In this document: positions 24,590-33,353 of the stretch, in pieces
Layout of the letters: each line of letters starts with the position of its first letter
Position numbering within the stretch: position 1 is the first letter of the stretch
From: Gemmatimonadales bacterium
GTDB taxonomy: Bacteria > Gemmatimonadota > Gemmatimonadetes > Gemmatimonadales > GWC2-71-9
Reading direction: 5' to 3'
Assembly: GCA_030601605.1 (NCBI GenBank)
Contig: JAUVTI010000002.1
Span: 1 to 43,743 of the forward strand
DNA length: 43,743 bases
Notes under the pieces: generated by a model
What the model saw: only the letters and a program-made list of their open reading frames with translations
What the model was told of the DNA's origin: nothing
Databases searched by the model: none
Made by a program: the position numbers and the translations under genes

Positions 24590-26260
24590 TTACGGCGATT
24601 CCCCGCCGCCAAGCAACTCCAGCCTCGACACACCCCATCCGCCCGTGCGTTCGATATCGCGCAGCCCGCGGGCCAGCGTCTCCGGAATGGCGGCCGCGTC
24701 GCCGCCGACCTTCAGGTGGTCGAGTGGTCGGGCGCCCGGCTCGGGGATGATCACTCCCGGGTTCATCACTCCCTGCGGGTCGAACGCCTGCTTCACGTGG
24801 TGGAACAGCTCGATGATCTCCGCTCCGTACACTCGCTCGAGCGCGCCGGCCCGCAGCCGGCCATCTCCGTGCTCGCCGCTTGGAGTGCCGCCGAGCGTGA
24901 TCACGAGATCGGTCACTCGATCGAACAGGGTTGCGAGGCGCGCCTCGAAGTCCGGCTCGGTCGTGTCCACCAGGGCGTTGACGTGGAGGTGGCCGTCGCC
25001 GGCATGGCCGAAGGCCACGACCTGGATATCGAGTGCCTGCGCGGCGGCGCGCACGCCGGCCAGATAATCACCGAGCGCCGGCACCGGCACGCAGCCGTCC
25101 TCGATGATCTGGAGCGAGCGCTTGGTGTCGGGCAGCGCGGCGAGCACCGGGCTCGCCGCGTGGCGCAGCTCCCAGAGGCGGGCGTGCTCCTCGGGGTCCA
25201 GCGCTCTCTCGGCGAACGAGGAGAGGCTGCGGGCCGCGGCAACGGCCTCCTCGACGGTACCGCGCACCGCATCCGGGTCGATGCTCTCGAAGTCCACCAG
25301 CAGCACGGCGGCGGCATCGTCCGGGAGCCGCGCCTGCTCCCCCGCCAGGTCGAGGTACGTTCGGTCCAGCAGCTCCAGCGCGGCCGGCTCGAGCGGCAAC
25401 AGGTGCTCGATGAGCGATCCCAGCTGCTCGAGGTCGGCAACGCCGAGCAGCAGGCCCGCCACCGCGCCGGGACGGACGTCGAGCTCCAACTCGACTCGGG
25501 TGATCACCCCGAGCGTCCCCTCCGAACCGATCACCAGGTCCAGCAGGTCCCCGGTGTCGAGGTACGCGTCCAGGGCATAGCCGGCTGAGTTCTTCCGCGT
25601 GCGGGGGAAGCGTCGGCGTACCAGGTCTGCCGCGCTTCTTATCGGACCGGCCGCGTCGCGCTCGAAGCGCTCTACCCACCGTGGTACGGCGCCGAACTCC
25701 GGTGTGCGGCCGGCGCAGGCGACCGGGCTGCCAGGCGCGCCGCGGGTCAGCCACGTGCACTCCCCGTTGGTGGTCACCAACTCCAGGCCGCGCACCCAGC
25801 GCCGGATGCTGCCGTAGCAGACGCTGCGGGCGCCGGCGGCGTTGGTCGCGACCATGCCGCCGATCGTGCAGAACGCCCCGCTCGACGGATCGGGCGGCAG
25901 CCGCATTTCCTGGGCCGCGGCCGCCTCGTCCAGTGCCTGCCACGTCACCGCGGCTCCGACCGTCGCGACGCCGCGCTCGCTGACCGCCAACGGGCGGTCC
26001 AGCTGCTGCAGGTCGAGCATGATGCCGCTTCCCACGTTCCCGCCCGGCATGCCGCTCCCGGCCGCGCGGGGCACCAGCGCGAGCCCTTCGTCGCCCGCGT
26101 GCTCGAGCAGCCGCGGCAGGTCGTCCCGGTCCGCGGGGATCGCGACGGCAGCGGGGACGACGCGATAGGGACCGGCGCCCTCGCTGTAGGCGGCGCGCGC
26201 CGCCGGATCGGTGAGCCAGCGGCCGCGGAAGGCCTTTGGCGGCTGCGGATGCTGGGCCAT
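24590..26260 (-). CDS. FAD-linked oxidase (FAD_binding_4 / GlcD-D-lactate dehydrogenase-like)
   Basis: N-terminal PCMH-type FAD domain (LALVPRAAGSGMPGGNVG...IMLDLQQLD, CTIGGMVATNAAG) and a C-terminal FAD-oxidase domain (AFGHAGDGHLHVN, SGEHGDGRLR, KQAFDPQGVMNPG). The start shares 1 nt with the upstream stop (TGATG). Confidence 0.8.
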   Translation of the reverse strand: MAQHPQPPKAFRGRWLTDPAARAAYSEGAGPYRVVPAAVAIPADRDDLPRLLEHAGDEGLALVPRAAGSGMPGGNVGSGIMLDLQQLDRPLAVSERGVATVGAAVTWQALDEAAAAQEMRLPPDPSSGAFCTIGGMVATNAAGARSVCYGSIRRWVRGLELVTTNGECTWLTRGAPGSPVACAGRTPEFGAVPRWVERFERDAAGPIRSAADLVRRRFPRTRKNSAGYALDAYLDTGDLLDLVIGSEGTLGVITRVELELDVRPGAVAGLLLGVADLEQLGSLIEHLLPLEPAALELLDRTYLDLAGEQARLPDDAAAVLLVDFESIDPDAVRGTVEEAVAAARSLSSFAERALDPEEHARLWELRHAASPVLAALPDTKRSLQIIEDGCVPVPALGDYLAGVRAAAQALDIQVVAFGHAGDGHLHVNALVDTTEPDFEARLATLFDRVTDLVITLGGTPSGEHGDGRLRAGALERVYGAEIIELFHHVKQAFDPQGVMNPGVIIPEPGARPLDHLKVGGDAAAIPETLARGLRDIERTGGWGVSRLELLGGGESP

Positions 26261-27312
26261 CAGTCCGGCGCCTCCGCGTACCGCTCATCCCATCCGGCGC
26301 CCGCCAGGCGGCGGAAGTAGGTCCGGACCAGCAGATTGCTCGGCGCCACGAGACGGGTAGCCACGATCGTGCGATAGACCTGGCCGCGGGTGATCTTCAC
26401 CTTGTGGTGCGGGTCGAGCAGCCGGTGATCCCGCTCCGCGAGATGCAGCGTCCGCACGGCGAAGTAGAGGGACGTGAGGCAGAACAGCCGGATGCCGTAC
26501 TCCGCGCGCGGCAGCGTGGTGGTGTATTCGAGCGCGTCGTCGAGGTGTCTCTTGGCCTTGTCGATCAGCAGCAGCATCACGCGGCGCCCGGCCTCGCTGA
26601 AGCGCTCGTCCTGCATATCCTCCGGGCGGATGCCGGCGACCTCGCAGAGCTGGCGCGGCACGAAGCTCCAGCCGCGCGCCCGGTCATCGGCCACGTCCTT
26701 GATGATGTTGGTGAGCTGCAGACCGAGTCCGAAACTCGTCGAGAGGGCGCGCAGCCGATCGTGGCGCTCGCCCCCGGCCGTGCCACCGTGCAGCGCAAAC
26801 AGCTCCGTGAGCAGGTGACCCACGGTTCCGGCCACGTAGTAGCAGTAGCGGTCGAGTTCCTCTACGGTGCCCAGCGCCTCGAGGTGGGCTCCCGGTCCGT
26901 CCTCGGCCCTGCGGGCGAACTCCGCCATCCCGGCGCACATCTCCTGCACCCAGGGGCGGACCGCGTTCTGCTGCTCTGACGGCAGGGCGCGGAACTCGCG
27001 CAGCACTGTCTCGGCCTGTCGCGCGAGCAGCTCCTCATCGGTGCCGGCGTCTGCGAACGCCTCCCGCAGCAGCTCGGCATCCGGTCCGCCATCGTCGAGG
27101 CAGCTACTGAAATGGGTGAATAACCGGTCCTGCTCGGCGGCGGCCAGCGTCGTCGAGTCCTCGATCGTGTCCGCGATGCGACACAGCAGATACGCAATCA
27201 GGACGGGGTGTTCGAGGTCGCGTGGGAGGAGACGGACACAGATCGCGAATGTGCGCGACACCTTGGGGAGCATCGCGTCGCAAAACGCGCGGTCGTTGGC
27301 GGCCGTCGTCAT
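26260..27312 (-). CDS. Squalene synthase (farnesyl-diphosphate farnesyltransferase, eukaryote-type SQS family)
   Basis: ATG at 27312 gives MTTAANDRAFCDAMLPKVSRTFAICV. First Asp-rich motif YLLCRIADTIED; YCYYVAGTVGHLLTELF; second motif GLGLQLTNIIKDVADDRARGWSFVPRQ. These resemble SQS rather than CrtB. Confidence 0.75.
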   Translation of the reverse strand: MTTAANDRAFCDAMLPKVSRTFAICVRLLPRDLEHPVLIAYLLCRIADTIEDSTTLAAAEQDRLFTHFSSCLDDGGPDAELLREAFADAGTDEELLARQAETVLREFRALPSEQQNAVRPWVQEMCAGMAEFARRAEDGPGAHLEALGTVEELDRYCYYVAGTVGHLLTELFALHGGTAGGERHDRLRALSTSFGLGLQLTNIIKDVADDRARGWSFVPRQLCEVAGIRPEDMQDERFSEAGRRVMLLLIDKAKRHLDDALEYTTTLPRAEYGIRLFCLTSLYFAVRTLHLAERDHRLLDPHHKVKITRGQVYRTIVATRLVAPSNLLVRTYFRRLAGAGWDERYAEAPD

Positions 27313-27382
27313 CGGTCGCGGGACGCCGGAGCCGGGCTTCCCCGGAGCCAGCGGGGCGGCACGTCCGATCGCACCGTATCGA

Positions 27383-27877
27383 TCACGGGGGCGGTGTGCC
27401 AAAGCGAGACCTGACTCCGGCGATCACTCGGCGCAGGATCTGCTCACCGGGGTGTCCCGGCGGCACGATGACCTCGGATTCCCTGGAAGGCATCGACGGG
27501 TCGACGGTGAGTCGGGTTACGGCCTCCGATGCCAGCCGTGTCTCGCCCTGCCTCACGGGGTCGGAGAAGAACCGCAACTTGATGACGTTCTCGGGCTGGA
27601 GCGAGTTCTCACCTCCGGGCCGCCGCGCCACCACATCGTACCACTCGGTCTCGAGGTACCCCTCTGCGGGACTGTTCCACCGGATGGCGAGACCCTCTGC
27701 CGCGACCAGCACAGCCACCTCCGTGATCACGTCCGCGGGGTCCCCGATCACCGTGTCCAACAGCGCCCCTGGAAGCGGTGGGAAGAATGGGCGCACTCCT
27801 CCGGATGCGCAGGCCGCGGCGACTGCGACCGCGAGTGCGGCCCCCGCGCCGACCAGGCGACTACTGACGGTCGTCAT
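27383..27877 (-). CDS. Hypothetical lipoprotein
   Basis: ATG at 27877 gives MTTVSSRLVGAGAALAVAVAAACASGG, a lipobox. I recognised no family. Confidence 0.5.
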   Translation of the reverse strand: MTTVSSRLVGAGAALAVAVAAACASGGVRPFFPPLPGALLDTVIGDPADVITEVAVLVAAEGLAIRWNSPAEGYLETEWYDVVARRPGGENSLQPENVIKLRFFSDPVRQGETRLASEAVTRLTVDPSMPSRESEVIVPPGHPGEQILRRVIAGVRSRFGTPPP

Positions 27878-28421
27878 CGTCCGCTTCGGTCGTGGCCGTG
27901 CTGTCTGCTTCCTCATCTCCCTGCCCCTCTCCCGGCTCGTGTTCGTGCGCCATCGTTCGCTCGGCCAGCGCGCCTTCCAGCACCTGGGTCGGAACGCCGC
28001 CGCCGTAGCCGAAGACGATCGTGCCGCCCACATGTGCGGTCCAGATGATCCCCAGCGCACACAGCGCCGCGAGCGTCAGGTAAAGGGGCCTCTCCTTGCC
28101 GGTCATGCCGCGGCGGCGCCAGATGCTCCAGGCAGCGAGGATCACGAACGCCACTGTGAACGTTATGGCCAGCGTCTCGTGGCGCTCCATGACGAGATGG
28201 ACGCTCCCGCCATGCTCGAGTGCCTCCTCGGCGATCAGACCCGAGAACACGGCGAGAAGGGCTCCCGCGGCGCCCACCACCAGCATCCAGAAGCCCGTGG
28301 CGCGCAACGAGTCACGCTTGGTGATGTCGCCGGCGATCTCGAAAGCCACGGCGAGGACGAACAGGATCGACGGCAGATCGTTGAGCGCCGCATGCCATTG
28401 CACGGCCGAATCAGGTAGCAT
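27861..28421 (-). CDS. DUF2231-like integral membrane protein with an acidic C-terminal tail
   Basis: Four predicted TM helices (LPSILFVLAVAFEIA, FWMLVVGAAGALLAVFSGLI, LAITFTVAFVILAAW, LYLTLAALCALGIIW) and a tail reading HEHEPGEGQGDEEADSTATTEADDDDRQ. The family call is from memory. Confidence 0.5.
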   Translation of the reverse strand: MLPDSAVQWHAALNDLPSILFVLAVAFEIAGDITKRDSLRATGFWMLVVGAAGALLAVFSGLIAEEALEHGGSVHLVMERHETLAITFTVAFVILAAWSIWRRRGMTGKERPLYLTLAALCALGIIWTAHVGGTIVFGYGGGVPTQVLEGALAERTMAHEHEPGEGQGDEEADSTATTEADDDDRQ

Positions 28422-28466
28422 CGTCAGGGTCCCGGTTCAGTGACGGTGGGTGGGGGCAGCGTGTGC

Positions 28467-29294
28467 TCACGCGCCCAGGGACTTCTTGATCTCGTCGGCA
28501 ATGCGCATGAACGCGCTCGGGCGCGGCGCGTGCAGCTTTGGTTTGGCGCCTATCTCTCCGTGCTCGAGGCGGTCGATCACCTGCTCCATCGCGACCTGCA
28601 CTCGCTCCAACTGGGAGCGGCGCCGGCGTGCCGCCACGAAGCCCAGCAGCGAGCCGAGAACGACCGGCAGCAGGGCCACGGGGAGCATCACTCCGAGCGT
28701 GGCGCCGACGACCGATGCCGCGGTGCCGAGGCCGGCCAACGTCGCGGCGGCGGCGATGTGGCTGTTGCGGGTGTTCGAGAGGTCCGCCACCAGCCTGACG
28801 TGACAGCGGCCCTCCTCCAGTGGCACTACCTGGCCCGTCATCTCCTTCGCGCGCGACAGCTCGTATGCGCGTCCGCCCACCTGAAGCCCCCGCTTGATGG
28901 ACGAGAACATGTCCTGACGCGCCTCCCACGAGGTTTGCTCCGGATAGCGGCGCTTCACCGACAGCAGCTCGCCCTCGGTCATCCAGCCGTTGAGGGCGTC
29001 GCGCAACTGACGGCAGTCACCCGGAATCGTGCGCTGCGCCGCGATCCGTGCCGGACCAGCCAGCCAGCCGGCGAGGCCAGGCTCCACCGTTGCGACGGCG
29101 CGGGTGCGCTCCTCCATGAGCGCCTGCTGCAGCAGGCCCGCCGGGATGCCCACCTCCTGGCCGAGCTGCATGAGCTCGCGCTCGGTGAGCCCGTCACCGA
29201 TGTCCCGCTCTCCAGCCTGGAGCTCGGCCGCGCGCTGAATTATCCGCTCCAGCGCGGCCCGATCGATGCGTGTGCCAGGGACGAGGTCGTTCAT
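28467..29294 (-). CDS. Hypothetical membrane protein (soluble N-terminal helical region, 2 TM near the C-terminus)
   Basis: MNDLVPGTRIDRAALERIIQRAAELQ...LTERELMQLGQEVGIPAGLLQQAL, then the hydrophobic stretch AAAATLAGLGTAASVVGATLGVMLPVALLPVVLGSLLGFVAA. The codon usage is coding-like. Confidence 0.5.
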   Translation of the reverse strand: MNDLVPGTRIDRAALERIIQRAAELQAGERDIGDGLTERELMQLGQEVGIPAGLLQQALMEERTRAVATVEPGLAGWLAGPARIAAQRTIPGDCRQLRDALNGWMTEGELLSVKRRYPEQTSWEARQDMFSSIKRGLQVGGRAYELSRAKEMTGQVVPLEEGRCHVRLVADLSNTRNSHIAAAATLAGLGTAASVVGATLGVMLPVALLPVVLGSLLGFVAARRRRSQLERVQVAMEQVIDRLEHGEIGAKPKLHAPRPSAFMRIADEIKKSLGA

Positions 29295-29298
29295 GGTG

Positions 29299-30483
29299 CT
29301 AGAAAGCCTCGACTATCACCGCCGCGCCCTGCCCGCCGCCGATGCATGCCGAGCCGAGCCCGTACCGCATGCCGGCGCGCCGCAGGGCGTGTAGCAGGTG
29401 GATGGTAATGCGTGCGCCGCTCGCCGCCAGCGGGTGGCCGATGGCGATAGCGCCGCCGTGCACGTTGGTGCGCTCCCGGTCGAGCCCGAGCTCCTTCTCG
29501 ACCGCCACGTACTGCGGTGCGAAGGCCTCGTTGACCTCGACCAGATCCATATCTTCGAGCTTCATCCCCGCTTTGGCGAGTGCCTTCCGTGCGGCCGGGG
29601 CCGGGCCGATGCCCATGTATGCGGGGTCCACGCCCACGAACCCCCACGATACCAGGCGGCCCAGCGGTTCCAGCCCATGCTCGGCGGCGAAGTCCTCGCC
29701 TGCCACGACGGTGGCGGCGGCGCCGTCACAGATGCCCGAGGCGTTGCCCGCCGTCACCAGGCCGTCCTTCCTGAAATATGGCGGCAAGGCCAGCAATGCA
29801 TCGAGGGTGGATTCGGGGCGCATGTGCTCGTCGGCACGCCATTCGACGATCTGGCCCGTGCGGCGGTCCTTCACGGGCACGGGAATCACTTCCGGATCGA
29901 AAACTCCTTCGTCCCATGCCTGCTTGGTGCGCTGGTGGGAGAGGAGCGCGTACTCGTCCACTTCCCGGCGCGAGAGCCCGTACTTCTCGGCCAGGTTCTC
30001 GGCGGTCTCTGCCATGGAGAGCCCACACTCCGGATCCGAAAGAGCCTCCCACAGCGAATCCTCCAACGGCGGAGCCGGCCCGAGCCGGTAGCCCCACCGA
30101 GCGCCGCGCAGCACGTGCGGCGCCTGGCTCATCGACTCGGTCCCGCCGGCGAGCACCACGCGCGACTCGTCGAGCAGGATCTGCTGTGCACCCTGGACGA
30201 TGGACTCGAACCCGGAGCCGCACAGCCGGTTCACCGTCACTGCCGGGACCTCGACAGGAATGCCGGTCTGCAGCGCCACGTGGCGCGCCAGGTAGATGGC
30301 ATCGGCCGATGTCTGCTGTGCGTTTCCGAACACCACGTGGTTCACGAGCTCGGGCGCCACGCCGGAGCGCTGAATGGCGTGCCGGCTGGCGATCACCCCG
30401 AGTTGAGTGGCGGAATGGCTCTTTAGCGTTCCGCCGAAGTTTCCGAAGCCCGTGCGGACGCCGGAAAGAAAGACGATGTTCAT
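29299..30483 (-). CDS. Acetyl-CoA C-acetyltransferase (thiolase II)
   Basis: ATG at 30483 gives MNIVFLSGVRTGFGNFGG. Active-site VNRLCGSGFESI; NEAFAPQ; GGAIAIGHPLAASGAR; C-terminal CIGGGQGAA. The start overlaps the upstream stop (ATGA). Confidence 0.9.
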   Translation of the reverse strand: MNIVFLSGVRTGFGNFGGTLKSHSATQLGVIASRHAIQRSGVAPELVNHVVFGNAQQTSADAIYLARHVALQTGIPVEVPAVTVNRLCGSGFESIVQGAQQILLDESRVVLAGGTESMSQAPHVLRGARWGYRLGPAPPLEDSLWEALSDPECGLSMAETAENLAEKYGLSRREVDEYALLSHQRTKQAWDEGVFDPEVIPVPVKDRRTGQIVEWRADEHMRPESTLDALLALPPYFRKDGLVTAGNASGICDGAAATVVAGEDFAAEHGLEPLGRLVSWGFVGVDPAYMGIGPAPAARKALAKAGMKLEDMDLVEVNEAFAPQYVAVEKELGLDRERTNVHGGAIAIGHPLAASGARITIHLLHALRRAGMRYGLGSACIGGGQGAAVIVEAF

Positions 30484-31529
30484 GGGAGGCGCTCCGCGAT
30501 CCACCGTGCCACCTCCTCAGTCGAGCGCTTGCCGCCGAGGTCAGGGGTGGTCTGGCCTTCGGTCAGGGCATCGCGCACTGCGGCTTCCACCGAGCGGGCG
30601 GCGTCGTCCAGCCCGAGGCTCTCCAGCATCAGAGCGCCCGCCAGGATCGCCGCCATGGGATTGGCGACTCCCTTTCCGGCGAGCGGCGGAGCCGACCCGT
30701 GCACCGGCTCGAACAGGCCCGCCCGTCCGGGATGGAGGTTAGCGCTGGCCGCGAGGCCGAGCCCGCCCACGAGCCCGGCGCCCAGGTCGGATAGGATGTC
30801 GCCGAAGAGGTTGTTCGTCACGATGACTTGGAACCGCTCCGGCGCCTGTACGAGTTCCATCGCCAGCACGTCCACGTAGCGGTGCTCCCGCGCGATCTCG
30901 GGGAAGTCGGCGCCCACTTCGTCGAACAGGCGCCGCCACAGCCGGTGCATCGGCACGGCGTTCGACTTGTCGCTCATCGTGATGCGCGTCCTGCCGTTGG
31001 CGCGCGCCCACTCGAAAGCGGCGCGGAGGATGCGCGACACTTTCGGCGCGGTGTGCACCTCGTGCGCGATCTGCTCCTCTTCGGCTGTGCCCTCGCGGCT
31101 GCTGTCGCCGCGCCCGAGGTAGAACCCCTCCGTGTTCTCGCGGAAGATCACGAAATCGATCGGGCGGTCGCCCTTGAGCGGACAGAGATCGGGGTGCAGC
31201 GTCCGCGTGGGCCGGAAGTTTACGTACAGGTCGAGTTTCAGGCGCAGCCCGAGCAGGATATCGCGCGCGTGCTCGTTGCCGGGAACGCGCGGATCGCCCA
31301 GCGCGCCGATCAGGATGGCGTCTACGTCGTCGCGCAGGTGGGTGAAGGCGCCATCCGGCAGGGTCTCCCCGGTCGCCAGGAAGTGGTCCGCCCCGTACGG
31401 CAGGTGCTCCCACACCAGCGTGGCATCGCCCGAGGCGGCGGCGCGCTCGATGGCCGGGATCGCGGCCTCGATCACCTCGGGGCCGATCCCGTCCCCTCCA
31501 ATGGTGGCGACGGAGAAACTGCGCGCCAT
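30480..31529 (-). CDS. Isopropylmalate/isocitrate/tartrate dehydrogenase-family oxidative decarboxylase
   Basis: VATIGGDGIGPEV, FRENTEGFY, NLFGDILSDLGAGLVGGLGLAASAN, HGSAPPLAGKGVANP. The substrate cannot be assigned from motifs alone. Confidence 0.85.
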   Translation of the reverse strand: MARSFSVATIGGDGIGPEVIEAAIPAIERAAASGDATLVWEHLPYGADHFLATGETLPDGAFTHLRDDVDAILIGALGDPRVPGNEHARDILLGLRLKLDLYVNFRPTRTLHPDLCPLKGDRPIDFVIFRENTEGFYLGRGDSSREGTAEEEQIAHEVHTAPKVSRILRAAFEWARANGRTRITMSDKSNAVPMHRLWRRLFDEVGADFPEIAREHRYVDVLAMELVQAPERFQVIVTNNLFGDILSDLGAGLVGGLGLAASANLHPGRAGLFEPVHGSAPPLAGKGVANPMAAILAGALMLESLGLDDAARSVEAAVRDALTEGQTTPDLGGKRSTEEVARWIAERLP

Positions 31530-31534
31530 CGGTG

Positions 31535-32236
31535 CTACCCGGTTACCGAGTGCCCGCAGGTGACGCAGAAGCGCCAGCCCGGCTCGAGAGCGTCACCGCA
31601 CGCGGGGCAGGTCGCCTCCTCCACCTGGCGGCCGCAGGATGGGCAATAGACCACTCGCCGCCCGCCGGGCAGCTCCACGTAGCAGTGCGGGCAGGTCGCC
31701 TCTACCGCCTCGAACACGAGCCCCCGCCCGTCGGGCGGCTCGACCGCCTCCGGCTCCGTGGATCCACCCTCGGCCGGCGCTTCCGGTTCAGGTGGAGCGA
31801 AGAGCTCGTCCGGGGTTGCAACCTCCGGCTCCGGCGGCGCGAATCTGCTGTCCTTCCGCGGGGCATGGCCGGGCGGCGCGTAAGCGACCTCTTCGTCCAG
31901 CACGGAGCGGACGCCTCTGGCGGTCAGCTTGACGGTGGCGGCGGCGAAGTCGCGGAACGCACCCGGGTCTGGGTTCACCGATTCCGCTTCGAGCGCGAGC
32001 GCCTCCTGGACGTCGAGCGGCTCCACCGAGGCGTAGCCTCGCTCACCCGACAACAGCCGTAACACGGCCATATCGTAGTCCTCGACGGACTCGAACTTGA
32101 GCGCGCGCCGGTGGCCCCGGTAGGGAACGATGTTCTGGTACAGCTCGGACACCTCGAACGGCGACGTGAGACGCTCGGGCGCATCCTTGGCCAGGTGATT
32201 CACCAGATAGCGGAACAGCCGATCGAGGTCATCCAT
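31535..32236 (-). CDS. Hypothetical protein with a C-terminal double zinc ribbon
   Basis: ATG at 32236 gives MDDLDRLFRYLVNHL. A Pro/Glu linker carries a duplicated FAPPEPE. The C-terminus reads CPHC...CPSC...CPAC...CVTC (four CxxC pairs). Confidence 0.6.
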   Translation of the reverse strand: MDDLDRLFRYLVNHLAKDAPERLTSPFEVSELYQNIVPYRGHRRALKFESVEDYDMAVLRLLSGERGYASVEPLDVQEALALEAESVNPDPGAFRDFAAATVKLTARGVRSVLDEEVAYAPPGHAPRKDSRFAPPEPEVATPDELFAPPEPEAPAEGGSTEPEAVEPPDGRGLVFEAVEATCPHCYVELPGGRRVVYCPSCGRQVEEATCPACGDALEPGWRFCVTCGHSVTG

Positions 32237-32247
32237 TCCCGGGTGCC

Positions 32248-32748
32248 TCAGCGCCACTCGCCGACCCAGCGGTCGTAGTGCACGGGAGTGATGCCCACTC
32301 GCTGGAGCAGCTCCACCCCGCTGGGGTCGCGGTACTTGCGGCGATAGAAGACGTGAGTGACGCCCGAGTTGATCATGGCCTTTGCACAGGCGACACAGGG
32401 ACTGTCGGTCAGGAACACCACCTTGTCGCGTATGCCGCCGGGCGCCTTCACCAGGGCGTTGATCTCCGAGTGGATGCATCCGCAACTGCCGGGGACGGTC
32501 GAGTCGCAGCGGTTGGGCAGCCCCCTGGCGTTTCCGTTGTACCCGATCGCGACCACGTTCTCAAGCCAGGCGTCCGTGATCACGGTGCCGACCTGGAGTC
32601 GCGCACAGGTCGAACGCTTCGCCAGCTCCTCGGCCATCCGCATGTACACCTCGTAGAGGGGAATGCGGTCGAGCGACGGCTCCTCTCCATCGGACAGGAC
32701 GTTCAATGGATGCGTGTTCTCGGATACACCGTCCTTGAAGGCGCTCAT
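32248..32748 (-). CDS. dCMP deaminase (deoxycytidylate deaminase, ComEB-like)
   Basis: Zinc motifs HSEINAL and PCVACAKAM, plus CARLQVGTVITD. The start overlaps the rnhA stop (ATGA). Confidence 0.85.
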   Translation of the reverse strand: MSAFKDGVSENTHPLNVLSDGEEPSLDRIPLYEVYMRMAEELAKRSTCARLQVGTVITDAWLENVVAIGYNGNARGLPNRCDSTVPGSCGCIHSEINALVKAPGGIRDKVVFLTDSPCVACAKAMINSGVTHVFYRRKYRDPSGVELLQRVGITPVHYDRWVGEWR

Positions 32749-33353
32749 ACGTGGCTACTCAATTCGGACTCCAGCTCGGCAAACGCCCGATCGGGATCGT
32801 AGTCGGTGAACTTGCCATGGGAGCGACGCTCCTCGAGCCATTCGAGAAGACGTGACGGCACCGCTCCCTGGGAGTGCACTTGCTCGCGGGCGCTGCTCAT
32901 CGCGAGGTGGTCGGCGTACTCGTTCTTGGGATGACCGCCGTGCCCACGCACCCACTCCCACTGCGGTTCGTGTCCCTTGACTGCCTGCAGCAGCTTCTGC
33001 CACAGCTCGAGATTCTGGATCTCGCCGCCCTTGCGCCGCCAGCCGCGCGCCTGCCAGCCGGGGATCCACTCGCGCATTCCCTTGACCAGGTACTCGGAGT
33101 CGGAAACGTACACGACCTGGAAACGGTTGCCCTTCTGCGAGAGCAGCGCAAACGTCGCCACCGCTCCCGAGAGCGCCATCCGGTTGTTGGTCGTGTCGGG
33201 TGAGGAGATGAACACGTCCCGCCGCACGATGAGCTTGCGCGAGCGCACTTCGATCAACGATCCGGCCCCACCGGGGCTGGGACCATCCTGCCCGTTGCGG
33301 AGACAGCTCTCGTCCGCGTGAACGACCGCGAGCTGAAGCGGCTTTCTAGGCAT
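32745..33353 (-). CDS. rnhA: Ribonuclease HI with a roughly 45-aa C-terminal extension
   Basis: HADESCLRNG...GGAGSLI, TNNRMALSG, VSDSEYLVKGM, WEWVRGHGGHPKNEYADHLA. The start overlaps the end of selD by 8 nt. Confidence 0.8.
   Translation of the reverse strand: MPRKPLQLAVVHADESCLRNGQDGPSPGGAGSLIEVRSRKLIVRRDVFISSPDTTNNRMALSGAVATFALLSQKGNRFQVVYVSDSEYLVKGMREWIPGWQARGWRRKGGEIQNLELWQKLLQAVKGHEPQWEWVRGHGGHPKNEYADHLAMSSAREQVHSQGAVPSRLLEWLEERRSHGKFTDYDPDRAFAELESELSSHV

Noticed and set aside
24491-30794. Numerous long plus-strand ORFs (24491..25588, 26236..26979, 26867..28048, 27222..28418, 28440..29408, 29342..30091, 29398..30426, 29778..30794) and minus-strand 25068..26288
   Set aside because: All are antisense to, or out of frame with, minus-strand genes that have clear family signatures (FAD oxidase, SQS, thiolase, and others). 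Their compositions are dominated by Arg, Ala, Gly and Pro.
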